This document shows, piece after piece, positions 1-9,353 of a DNA stretch of 64,000 nt. The DNA is taken from contig CAVSGI010000009.1 in the NCBI GenBank assembly GCA_963727445.1, positions 192,001 through 256,000 of the forward strand, in the 5' to 3' direction. The first letter of the stretch is position 1. Each line of letters opens with the position of its first letter. This DNA is from an uncultured delta proteobacterium. GTDB taxonomy: Bacteria; Myxococcota_A; Polyangia; Polyangiales; B10-G4. The notes under the pieces are model-generated. The model saw nothing but the letters and a program-made list of their open reading frames with translations. It did no database searches and was not told where the DNA came from. The translations under genes and the position numbers were made by a program.

Positions 1-252
1 CTCCTGGGCGGCGGCGAGCTGCGGCTCGAGCGTCCCGTCGGCTGCGCGTTGCGCGCGCCACTCCGCCTCGCGGTCGATGAGGACCACCCCGAAGACCACG
101 CGGTCGCCCCGCCGGTTCTCGAAGGCGACCGACTCGTAGTAGAGGCGCGCCGCTTCGCCGAAGTGGCGGGTCGTCAGCGTCGCGAAGCGCGCGTCCGCGC
201 GGAAGCCCTCGATGGGGTCCTCCGAGAGGCCCCGGGACGGAACCGCGCGCAT
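1..252 (-). CDS. hypothetical protein (partial, runs off left edge)
   Basis: Open minus-strand frame from ATG at 252 (MRAVPSRGLSEDPIEGFRADARF...VVFGVVLIDREAEW...) with GC-rich third positions. The start may lie further upstream. Confidence 0.5.
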   Translation of the reverse strand, partial: MRAVPSRGLSEDPIEGFRADARFATLTTRHFGEAARLYYESVAFENRRGDRVVFGVVLIDREAEWRAQRAADGTLEPQLAAAQE

Positions 253-358
253 CGGATCGAGGCGCGAAACCACCGCCGCATCGCCTGGGAGCCACGCCTG
301 CGTGTGTCCGCACCCACGCACCCTCGAGCCGACAGGCGGAAATTGCCGGCAAGGAACG

Positions 359-374
359 TGGCACGGGGATTGAT
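359..374 (+). promoter_or_regulatory. putative sigma54 (-24/-12) promoter
   Basis: TGGCACG-GGGA-TTGAT against consensus TGGCACG-N4-TTGCW; starts 29 nt before ATG 388. Confidence 0.5.
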
Positions 375-387
375 TCATTCCCGGGGC

Positions 388-1209
388 ATGACCCACCGCG
401 CCGCCGCCATCCTCCTCCTCTTCGCCTCTGCTTGCGTGGTGCCGGTCGCGGATGGGCTCGACGCGGACGCCGGCGACCCGCCCTGGATGAACGATGCGGC
501 CATGGAAGTGGAGCTGGCAGCCTGGGACGAACCCCACGTCGTAGAGCCAGGCGCGGCGCAGACTGCGGGCGGCGAAGTCGTAGAGGCACCCGCAGCCGAC
601 GAGGAGCCCACCACCCCGACCGAGGTCACGATCGTCGAGGATATCGACGAGGGTGCTGTCCTCGACATCGTCGGGCTCCCCGCCATCTCGCGCGACGGAC
701 GCGTCGTGGCGATGATGACCTACGACGACGCGTACGGCGTCCGGCGGGTGAGCTTCATGGGGGCGCGCACTGGTCGCCCCGTCCGGCAGATCGACGTCGA
801 CGCCGAGGATCCCGAGAGCGATGCGCCGGCGCGGGCGCTCCACGACGCGTTCGACGCGGGCGACTACGTGCCGCTGGTTTCCCTCGAGCACATCTGGAAC
901 GAAGACGACGACTCCGGAATGGACGTGACCTTCCTCGGTGACGACCTCAGCGTCCGCCAAGAGGGGCGGCGCGTCGTGGCCTGGGATGACGCGGGTGACG
1001 TCGTGGCTACCATCGCAGTCCGCCCGCGCGTGCCGGATGGCGTCGGGCGCAACCTCATGGCGCCGGAGATGGTCGACGTCCCGATGGTCGCCTGGACCCA
1101 CACAGCCTTCGTGTCCCAGGACGGCCGCCACCTCGTGACCATCCTGGCCGCTTGCGACTGCGCGTGTGACATCAATCCGTACGCACGCGCGACCGTCATC
1201 GAGCGATGA
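388..1209 (+). CDS. hypothetical lipoprotein, acidic
   Basis: Signal peptide and lipobox MTHRAAAILLLFASAC. The upstream part of ORF 49..1209 is an Arg-rich shadow. Confidence 0.75.
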   Translation: MTHRAAAILLLFASACVVPVADGLDADAGDPPWMNDAAMEVELAAWDEPHVVEPGAAQTAGGEVVEAPAADEEPTTPTEVTIVEDIDEGAVLDIVGLPAISRDGRVVAMMTYDDAYGVRRVSFMGARTGRPVRQIDVDAEDPESDAPARALHDAFDAGDYVPLVSLEHIWNEDDDSGMDVTFLGDDLSVRQEGRRVVAWDDAGDVVATIAVRPRVPDGVGRNLMAPEMVDVPMVAWTHTAFVSQDGRHLVTILAACDCACDINPYARATVIER

Positions 1210-1239
1210 GCGGTGGGTTGGCGTCAGGCGTCCGCGCAA

Positions 1240-2205
1240 TCAGAAGCTGCCGTAGACGACCACGCTCCCCAGCCCGGCGCCGACCGAGATCGAAGGGGAC
1301 GGGGGCGGGGGCGGGATGCGCACCTCGCTGACGTCCCCACTGCGCCGGCGGCGCGCGCGGAGCGCGTCGCGCATCTTCTCGTAGGCGCTCCAGCGCTGCT
1401 CCACGCCGCTGGTGCTGAAGAGCTGGATCACGCCCGAGACGATCGATATGGCCGGCGCGAGGAGGAGCAGGTAGGAAAAGGCGCTCGAGAACGAGAACCC
1501 GGACCCCGCAGCGAAGAGCACGCCGAGGCCGACACCGGCCGCAATGTTCACCGATGCGCCGATGACGCGCGCGAGGAAGTAAGCGTGCGCGAACGACTCG
1601 AGCTGCTCTTCGCCGTAGCGCATCTGAGCCACCGCCTGCTCGAGGTTGCCGCGCGGCATCGACATGTATTGGGTGGCGGGATCCGAAGGGTTGGGGATCA
1701 GGACCAGGCGAGCGATCGGTCGCACCAGGCTGATACCGCCGTACGCATACATGTACGGTGCCGCGACGTCGAGCGGCGACCCGCTCACCTGCATCGCGAT
1801 CCCCGCTCCGATGTAGACGGCCCCGAAGACGAACGACGGGATCGCGCTAGCCCACTTCGCCCCGCCGCTCAGCGCCAGCGACCCCCAGGTGGAATCGAGC
1901 CACGACAGCCGCATCTGCACCTCGGTGACGGAGAGTCCCGACGCGCTTCGTTCGCTGGCGGGCATCGTCGTCGGGTAGCGGGATGTGACACCGGGTCCCA
2001 TCGGACCCGGTCCCGGCGTGGTCGTTGGGTAGGTCGACGGCGTGGTCGGGTAGGCCGGCGTCTGCGTGGCGGGCTGTCCCGTCGCCTCCTCCGCCGTCGG
2101 CGGGCGGCTCAGCGCATCCCCCGATTCCTGCTGCGCCAGGGCAGGCGACACGAAGGCGGCGAGAGAGATGGCTACGCAAATGAGGCGAGTGAGCACCGTG
2201 ATCAT
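1240..2205 (-). CDS. hypothetical secreted/membrane protein
   Basis: Signal peptide MITVLTRLICVAISLAAFVSPALA, Pro/Thr-rich linker, about 4 hydrophobic Gly-rich segments, C-terminal F. Confidence 0.75.
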   Translation of the reverse strand: MITVLTRLICVAISLAAFVSPALAQQESGDALSRPPTAEEATGQPATQTPAYPTTPSTYPTTTPGPGPMGPGVTSRYPTTMPASERSASGLSVTEVQMRLSWLDSTWGSLALSGGAKWASAIPSFVFGAVYIGAGIAMQVSGSPLDVAAPYMYAYGGISLVRPIARLVLIPNPSDPATQYMSMPRGNLEQAVAQMRYGEEQLESFAHAYFLARVIGASVNIAAGVGLGVLFAAGSGFSFSSAFSYLLLLAPAISIVSGVIQLFSTSGVEQRWSAYEKMRDALRARRRRSGDVSEVRIPPPPPSPSISVGAGLGSVVVYGSF

Positions 2206-2300
2206 GGGCGTACCACACGGACGGGCTCGGGGCGATGCGAACGGCCGTCCACGTCCTGGGAGGACTGTGTCTCGTCTGTGCAGCATGCGAGCATCGCGCC

Positions 2301-2993
2301 ATGCGCACGACATTGATCCTCGTAACCCTCTGCGTTGCATGTGAAGACGATCCGGCAGCTACCGAAGCCGCACCACCGGCGCCGGTCGCCGAGACGCCCG
2401 AGTCTGCGACGCCGACGCCGTCTCCTGCGCCAGCGCCGATCCCGACTGAACCGGAGACGACTACCGGTTTCATCGAAGCGACGGTCGGCGGCGAGCAGAA
2501 GCGATACGAGTACCTCCCCGCCACGGACAACCGGGTGTTGACGCGGCTCACGAAGATGATGGCGCGCGCCGGCGCGGATAGCGCAGAAGGATTCGAGCTC
2601 CTGCTGCTCGGATGGGACGTGCGCACGGTCGACCTTCCGATGGTCTTCAAGCACGACATGCAGGCGGCCATTCACGGAGATATCGCGGCCGCGGGCCGTA
2701 TGCCGTCGCTGAAGTACCGAGACGCCGAGGGTGGTGTCTACACGCTGGTCTTCAACGACGACTCACTCGAATGTCAGAGCCTCGACAGCCTCTTGTTGAA
2801 GTGCACGTTCTCCGGCACGTTGAACGAGCGCGATGGCGACGGCCGTCTCGAGATCACCGATGGGCGGGCAGAAGTGCAGCTCACGACCGACACGGTGTCC
2901 GACGCATTCGTGGAGGGAACCGTGGGCGCTGCTGCCGACGAATCCACCGAACGCGTTCAAGAGGCGATCGACGGCGTCACCATGATGAACTGA
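2301..2993 (+). CDS. hypothetical lipoprotein
   Basis: Lipobox MRTTLILVTLCVAC, Pro/Ala/Thr/Glu linker, globular C-terminal domain. Confidence 0.75.
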   Translation: MRTTLILVTLCVACEDDPAATEAAPPAPVAETPESATPTPSPAPAPIPTEPETTTGFIEATVGGEQKRYEYLPATDNRVLTRLTKMMARAGADSAEGFELLLLGWDVRTVDLPMVFKHDMQAAIHGDIAAAGRMPSLKYRDAEGGVYTLVFNDDSLECQSLDSLLLKCTFSGTLNERDGDGRLEITDGRAEVQLTTDTVSDAFVEGTVGAAADESTERVQEAIDGVTMMN

Positions 2994-3042
2994 GCTCGGG
3001 AGCGCATCGCCAAGACCGCCGCGATGGGGGTACGCTGTCGGC

Positions 3043-3822
3043 GTGAGGAAGCCGCCGACGCTCGTGGTCGCGATGTTGCTCATCGCTTGCGGTTCGGCCG
3101 ACGCGCCCCGCGAGGCGTCGCCGCCTCCGACGGTCCCCTCCGCCGGCGACGAGCAAGTCGACGAAGGCTCGGTGGAAAGCGCCGAAGCCGAGGTCGACCC
3201 CGATCGCGCCACACTCATGCGCACCCTCCTGGTGCGCGGGCGCAATCTCGCAGATGCGGGTGAGACGGGGCTGCTCCTCGACCTGTGGGATCAGCTCTAC
3301 GTTCACGTCCAGTTGATTCGCATGGGGAGCCCCCGTGTCGCGGACATGGACCCGGACGAGGTGGAAGCGCTGATGGCCGAGGTCGACGCGCTCGCCGAAC
3401 GCCTCCCGCCGAGCGAGACCACGGACGATTGGCCCATGGTGGGCGCGACCACGCTCGGGCGCGTTCGCCTCGAAGAGGGTGCGCGGGACGCGGAGCCGCT
3501 CAGAACGTTCCTCGAGACCAAGAGGGAAGAGGTCCAGGCCTGTTACCGCGCCGCACTGGACACCTACGCCGACGAGGCTGGGCACGTGGTCGTGTACGTT
3601 CACCTCGACGCCGGCGGGATCGTCGGAGACGCCGAGTCCCGAGCCAGCAGCATCTCGCAGGACACCCTCGCCGATTGCATCGTCGATGCGATGCGCGGCT
3701 GGCGATTCCCACCGTCACAGGACGCCGCCGTCGTCACCGTGGAGTGGGTGATGGAGTCGAGGCGGGCCACGCGCGCGGAGGCGGGACGAGCTGCGCCCCC
3801 GGCTTCCCCCGACACGCCGTGA
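3043..3822 (+). CDS. lipoprotein with AgmX/PglI-like (TonB-C-like) C-terminal domain
   Basis: Lipobox LLIAC. C-terminal VQACYRAAL...GHVVVYVHLDAGG...LADCIVDAMRGWRFP pattern is typical of this myxobacterial domain. Confidence 0.75.
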   Translation: MRKPPTLVVAMLLIACGSADAPREASPPPTVPSAGDEQVDEGSVESAEAEVDPDRATLMRTLLVRGRNLADAGETGLLLDLWDQLYVHVQLIRMGSPRVADMDPDEVEALMAEVDALAERLPPSETTDDWPMVGATTLGRVRLEEGARDAEPLRTFLETKREEVQACYRAALDTYADEAGHVVVYVHLDAGGIVGDAESRASSISQDTLADCIVDAMRGWRFPPSQDAAVVTVEWVMESRRATRAEAGRAAPPASPDTP

Positions 3823-3828
3823 GCGGAC

Positions 3829-5382
3829 TCAGCTAGTCGTGCCCCCGCCGGGGGTCGCCTTGTCGCGTGGAGGCCACGCGCGGCGGCCGTGACACCACGT
3901 CTCGAGCACCTCGATGTCGCGGATCTTCGTCGGGTCGGCGGCCAGAGGGTCGCCGTCCAGAACGACGAAGTCGGCCCACTTGCCCGGGGAGATGGATCCG
4001 TGCTCCCGCTCCTCGAGGCCGGCGAAGGCGGCGTCGATGGTCATCATGCGCAGAGCTTGTTCCGGGCTGATGCGTTGCTCCTCGTTCGGGTGGTTCACCG
4101 CCGCGTGGATCCCGAGCAGCGGCTTCGGGGGCGTGACGTTGGTGTCGGAGCCGCCCGCGATCCGAATGCCCGCATCCAAGATCGTCCTCAGGCGGTTGGT
4201 GTCGCGCCACGCGTCGCCGAGGCGCATCGAATACATCTTGTCGGGTCCGCCCCAGTAGTACTCGAATGACGGCTGCATGCTGGTGATCACGCCCAGATCT
4301 CGTGCTCGCGCGATCTGCCGGTCGGTCGCGAGCTCGAAATGCTCGATCCGGTGGCGATGGTCGTAACGTGGGTGTCGGTTCAGCGCACGCTCGTACGCGT
4401 CGAGCACCTGCTCGATGGCGCGAGGGCCGATCGCGTGGAAAGCGAGCTGCACGCCCTCGACGTGGGCCTCCTCGACGAACGCGGCGAACTCACGCGGCTT
4501 CTCGTAGAGCACACCGCGTTGGCCGGGGGCGTCCGCGTAGTCCGTGTCCAGGGCCGCCGTGTAGGAGCCGATCGAGCCATCCATGAGGATGCAGCCACCC
4601 AGGTGCTCGAACCCGAAGCGCGTGGTCAATGGGACGTTCATCTCCTGCAAGAAGACGATCACGTCGAGAGGGAGCTTGTCGATCTTGCGAAGGAGCGTCT
4701 GTACGCCTTCGTCCCCGAAGACCTTGCCGCCCTCGAGGGCGTGTACCGAGGTGATTCCATTCTGGAGGCATCGGTCCGCGACCATCCGAACGGCGCGCTC
4801 CTTGGTTTCGATCGGGTACAGGCGTGACACGCGGGCCTTCGCGTAGAAGTACGCCTCCGAGCGGAGGATGCCGTTGGGATGACCCGCGGAGTCGGTGAGC
4901 AGCCCGGGCATGCCCGACGGCACGTCCAGCCGCGAGAGCGCAGGCGTATTGACCACCGAAGAGTGGTAGTCGACGCGGTTGATCCAGACCGGACGCTGAG
5001 GGAAGAGACTGTCGATCTCGTGACGCGTGAGGCGTTCCACGTCTTCGAGGACCTCCTCCTCGTAGCTGTGAGCGAAGATCCACGCGCGCTGACCTCTCGC
5101 CGCCGCCTTCAGGCGCTTGCCGATCTCGTCGACGTTGGTCGCGCCTGCCAGATCCACGAAGAGCAGGTCGAGGCCGGTCTGAAAGAAATGTGCGTGCGCA
5201 TCGACGAAGCCCGGGACGACGGTGCGGCCTCCGAGGTCCACCTGCTCGATGCCCTCTGGTGGAGGACCGGAGCCCACGCGCTGAAAGCGATGGCCGATGG
5301 TCACGAACCAATCGGCGTTCGGCCGATCGGGATCGACGGTGTGGATGGTCGCGTTCTTGAACAGCTTCGCCTTCGCGCTCAC
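3829..5382 (-). CDS. metal-dependent amidohydrolase (Amidohydro_3 / YtcJ-like)
   Basis: PGFVDAHAH, DGSIGSYTA, AFHAIG, RHRIEH, GGSD and GSISPGKWADFVVL motifs. Confidence 0.9.
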   Translation of the reverse strand: MSAKAKLFKNATIHTVDPDRPNADWFVTIGHRFQRVGSGPPPEGIEQVDLGGRTVVPGFVDAHAHFFQTGLDLLFVDLAGATNVDEIGKRLKAAARGQRAWIFAHSYEEEVLEDVERLTRHEIDSLFPQRPVWINRVDYHSSVVNTPALSRLDVPSGMPGLLTDSAGHPNGILRSEAYFYAKARVSRLYPIETKERAVRMVADRCLQNGITSVHALEGGKVFGDEGVQTLLRKIDKLPLDVIVFLQEMNVPLTTRFGFEHLGGCILMDGSIGSYTAALDTDYADAPGQRGVLYEKPREFAAFVEEAHVEGVQLAFHAIGPRAIEQVLDAYERALNRHPRYDHRHRIEHFELATDRQIARARDLGVITSMQPSFEYYWGGPDKMYSMRLGDAWRDTNRLRTILDAGIRIAGGSDTNVTPPKPLLGIHAAVNHPNEEQRISPEQALRMMTIDAAFAGLEEREHGSISPGKWADFVVLDGDPLAADPTKIRDIEVLETWCHGRRAWPPRDKATPGGGTTS

Positions 5383-6456
5383 GTTCCGTTGGCTCCTCGT
5401 TTCGTGGCCTGCGGGAGGAGGGGTTTGACCCAGATGTTCATGTCCTCGAACTCTCCGTAGATGTCGCAGTTGTTCAATAGACGTCCCGAATACTCGTAGC
5501 CCAGTCGGTAGAAGACCCGGTTCATCCCCACCGAGCGCGCGCGGGCCAACGTGTAGCCGGTCATGATCCCCCGCTTCCGGAGATCGCCCTCGAGGGCGGT
5601 GAGGAGCGAATACATCAGCCCTTTGCCCCGCTCCGCCTTGAACGTGGCGCAGTCGGTGAGCTCCGCGTTGGAGTGCTTGGTGTCGATCTCGGCGCTGGCG
5701 GCGCTCACCAGAGTCCCGTGAGGATCGATGACGGCACGATAGACAACGTGACGCCTCATCGTCTGCTGGATGTAGTCCGGATGAGTGAGCGGGCTGGGGT
5801 AGGTGGAGAAGACGTCGCGGTAGAGCGTGACCAAGGCCGGGATATGCACCTCAGTCGCTTCGACGAGGGAGTAGCCGTCGGGAAGCGGCGGCGGTGGGTC
5901 CGGCGGGCCGTCCTTGAGGAGTGTCTCGATGAGGCTGCTCTCATCGATGAGGTGCGGGCTGGTCACGCGGTCGATCGATCCGAACCGGCTCAAGACGTAG
6001 GCGTTGTCGCCCCGATAGAAGTACTTGAGGATGCCTTCGAGCATGTAGCCGAGGCCCAGAAACTTCTGCCAGTCGTCGGAGCGCGCCTTCAAGAAGATCT
6101 TGTCGTACTGGTTTTCCGTGGCGAGCCACGCGAGTCGAATCCGACATCGCGCGATAGTCGGTCGCCTCGTAGTCCATCACCTTGAGCCGCCGGTTGTAGT
6201 TGTCGAAGAAGGCCCGAACGGAGAAGCCTTCGTCTTCGATCTCGAAGTCGAGCCCGTAGAGCTGTCCGATGACGGTGGTGCGGACGCCTCGGTCGAGGGT
6301 GATCCGCGCCATCCCCATGTCTTTTTCCGTCGGGATGATCGGCGCGAGCTCGCTGGTCGGAGTCGACGCGATCGAGCCGGGTTTCGCGATGTCGACGCTC
6401 GGCTTCGCCTCCTCTTCATCGCGCCGCTGCTCATCCAGCTCAGTCGTCGTGACCAT
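5379..6456 (-). CDS. ablB: putative beta-lysine N-acetyltransferase (AblB/YodP-like GNAT), interrupted by a +1 nt frameshift near 6138
   Basis: N-part ...FFDNYNRRLKVMDY.. continues in another frame as RLAWLATENQYDKIFLKA...GYMLEG...FSTYPSP...AELTDCAT...RGKGL...YTLARARSVGMN...YSGRLLNNC.I...EDMNIWVK. Span is 1078 nt (3n+1). Start and stop overlap both neighbours. Confidence 0.8.
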
Positions 6457-8502
6457 CAGCGTCTCCCTTCGAGCAGCCGCGTCCGGCGCCTCTGACGCAG
6501 CCGGCGTATGGCAGGCGCCATGATCTCGCCGATCAGCGAGCGGTATTCGATACCGGCGGCCTCCGCGATGACGCAGTAGTCGGAGAAACCGGGCGTGAGC
6601 CCGGGCAGAGGATTGCACTCGATGAAGTTGAGGCGTCCGTCGGCATCCAGACGGAAGTCGACGCGCGCCATGTCACGACATCCGAGCGCGGAGAAGACGG
6701 TGCGCGCCGCGCGTTCGAGCTCCTTCTGGAGCGCCGGATCGATCTTCGCGGGGACCTGGAATTGGATCGGCTTGCCCTTGAACTTGTGCTCGAAGGAATA
6801 GACGGGGTTGGTCTCCGACGGGTCGAAGACGATCTCCATCGGAGGCAGCACCCGCGGCCGGCGCTCGCCGAGGAGGCCGACGGTGAACTCGCGCCCCGGC
6901 AGGTAGGTCTCGGCGAGCACCGACTGCCGGTAGCGCCCGGCGATCTCCTGCGCCAGCTCCCGGAGCTCCGCTTCGGTCTCGACCACCCCCGCATCGATGA
7001 TCCCCTTGGAGCTTCCCTCGTGCACCGGTTTGGTGATCACGGGAAAGGTGAAGCCCTTGGGGAGCCGCTCCTTGCCGGTGGTCATCAGAATCCCGACAGG
7101 GGAGGGGATCCCGGCTTCGTGGACGACGCGTTTTGCCAGGCCCTTGTCGAGGGAGAGGGACAACGCCGTGGGGTCGGAGCCGGTGTAGGGGATGCCCAGA
7201 AGCTCGAGCAGCGCCGGGACCTGTGCCTCGCGGGCGCGTCCTTCGATGCCCTCGGCGATGTTGAAGACCAGATCGAGACCTTGAGCCGGAAGGATGGCGG
7301 GCAGCTCCGGTGTCGCTTCGAGATCGACGACCTCGTGTCCATAGGACTCGATGGCCTCGCGGATCTGGGCGATCGTCTCGGGCGTATCGAACTCGGCGTC
7401 GCGATCGCTCTTCTCTGCATCGCCGGCCTGTGTTCCTGGCGCGCGGAGGTTGAAGGTGATGCCCACGCGCAGCTGCGACGAGCGCCGGCGCTGCCGCGAC
7501 TTCGCGACCGAGATGCCGTAGCGGTCGGCGGCGCTCTTCACCACGGCGTCGAGGACGGACTCCGTGCTCTCGAGCCCGGCGAGGGCGCCCGATACGTAGA
7601 GGGACGCGCCCTTCTCGAAGCTCGGCAGGGCGTTGAGCTCGATGAAGTAGAGCTCGCCGTCGTCACCGACGCGGAAGTCGATGCGCCCGGCATCTCGGAC
7701 GCCGAGGACTCGGAACACCGTCCGCGACAAATCCATGACCTTCGCTCGCTGCGCCTCGGTGATCTCTGCGGGGACCTTCACGTGCACCGCTTCGAAGCCG
7801 ACCGTCTTCAGCTCGAAGTCGTAGAGCTGGTACTTGCGATCGCCGGTGTACGCCGTGTCGAAGTGATAGGACGCCGGCTCCAGCACCCCTCCGGTCTTCG
7901 GCGAAGCCCGCTCGACGAAGGGGACCACGAGATCACGACCAACGATGAACTCCTCCACCAGGATCCCGGCCGGATAGCGGCCGAGGAGCGTGATCAGCAG
8001 GGACCTCAGGCTCGCCTCGTCGTCCACGACGAAGTCGGTGGTGATCCCCATCGAGCTGCCCTCGTAGTTGGGCTTGGCGATGAGGGGGAAGCGCCAGCCC
8101 GTGACGTCGAGCTTGGAGATGTCCTCGACGACCGTGCCACGCGGCGACCGCACCCCGTGGCCATCGAGCATCAGCTTCGTCAGCGCCTTGTCCAGGGTGA
8201 GCGCGCAGACGTACGCATCGGAGCCGGTGAACGCGAGCCCCAGCCAATCGAAGAGCGCCGGGTAGAAGGCTTCGCGAAAGCGACCGCGCGAGCCTTCGGC
8301 CGTGTTGAACACCAGAATCCGGTCCGAGCGCCTCGAGCCGCGCCACCACTCGCGCGGCGGGCCCCGAGACCTCGATCGGCTCGACCTCGTGTCCGAGCGC
8401 GCGAAGTCCCTGGGTGATCATCGTCACCGTCTCGGGCGTGTCGAACTCGGCTTCCTCTTCGGCGTGGGAGAGCTGTAGGTTGTGTGTGAACGCGATCCGC
8501 AT
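6456..8502 (-). CDS. tandem double ATP-grasp ligase (two D-Ala-D-Ala-ligase-like modules), interrupted by a +1 nt frameshift near 8316
   Basis: Two complete modules, each with AEFDTPET, VFNxAEG, (F/Y)TGSD, LDK, KPxxEGSSxG, RxDFR and E(L/C)N(A/P)LP. Span is 2047 nt (3n+1). Confidence 0.85.
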
Positions 8503-8556
8503 GGGCTCCGTGCTCGGCAAAAAAGGGGGGAGTCACCCTAACACGTCGCCGGTGAC

Positions 8557-8572
8557 CGCTCCGATCGGAGCG
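8557..8572. promoter_or_regulatory. perfect 16-bp palindrome in the divergent intergenic region
   Basis: CGCTCCGATCGGAGCG is self-complementary. It is flanked by GGTGA/TCACC and lies next to an A6G6 run at 8519-8530. Confidence 0.4.
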
Positions 8573-8691
8573 AGGTCGATACATCACCAGTCGAGGACGG
8601 GTCGTGGATGCGCTCCGGGCGGGGTCTCCCATAGGCCCAACGCGAGTCCAGGCAAGGGAACACTTCGAACCCTGCTGTCGTATGATGAATC

Positions 8692-9213
8692 GTGCGCCGT
8701 AGCGCGTCCTTCGCAGCCGTCCTTTGCACCGTCACGCTGGCGAGCTCGCCCACCGTACACGCCCGGCCGCCGAAGCCGCCCGAAGTCAACGACCCACCGC
8801 AGGTTCAGTGTCGTTCCCTCGACGAGGGCGCCGGCGCTGCGCGCGCCGGGTGGGGCCGGGCCGACCGCACCAACGGATGCTTCTTCTTCAGTGGCCCCCA
8901 CGATCTCGGCCGGGACGACCATCTCGGCGCTCAGGCGCGCTACGAAGTCACGGCTGATCGTGTCGTCGTGCACTTCGGACAGCTGACGTTCTCGGGGCGC
9001 CTCTCGGGCGACCGCGTTCAGCTCCGCCGCGTCTCCAACCACGAATTCGGCTCCACGTGGCGGGTCACCGAGACCATCGAGGCTCGCTTCGTCCAGGAAC
9101 GTGGCTGCCGCATCCTGCGTGGGACGTATCACTACCAGGAGTGCGATACCGCGGGGAACCAATGCCCGGGGGGCTGCACCATCGACGCGCCCGTCAGGAT
9201 CACGGCGCGCTGA
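8692..9213 (+). CDS. hypothetical secreted protein
   Basis: Signal peptide ending VHA, beta-rich body with paired Cys. Confidence 0.7.
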   Translation: MRRSASFAAVLCTVTLASSPTVHARPPKPPEVNDPPQVQCRSLDEGAGAARAGWGRADRTNGCFFFSGPHDLGRDDHLGAQARYEVTADRVVVHFGQLTFSGRLSGDRVQLRRVSNHEFGSTWRVTETIEARFVQERGCRILRGTYHYQECDTAGNQCPGGCTIDAPVRITAR

Positions 9214-9353
9214 AGCCGCGGGGGCCGTCAGCCCGCCCACAGACATGGACGAAGGAGCCCTCTCCAAAGCCGCCTGAGGGACGAGCGAGCAGATCATCCC
9301 TTGCAACCCTCGAGCGGATGCCCGAAGAACGCCCTCCCAGAGGGAGGCATGCG

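Noticed and set aside
6456..8502. Housekeeping ddl or vanA-type resistance ligase
   Set aside because: Tandem architecture, no GGxSxE N-terminal motif, and no mur/fts or van context.
8503..8691. Known riboswitch (lysine, SAM, cobalamin, c-di-GMP)
   Set aside because: I could not see the conserved core sequences of these classes. Kept only as an unclassified structured leader.
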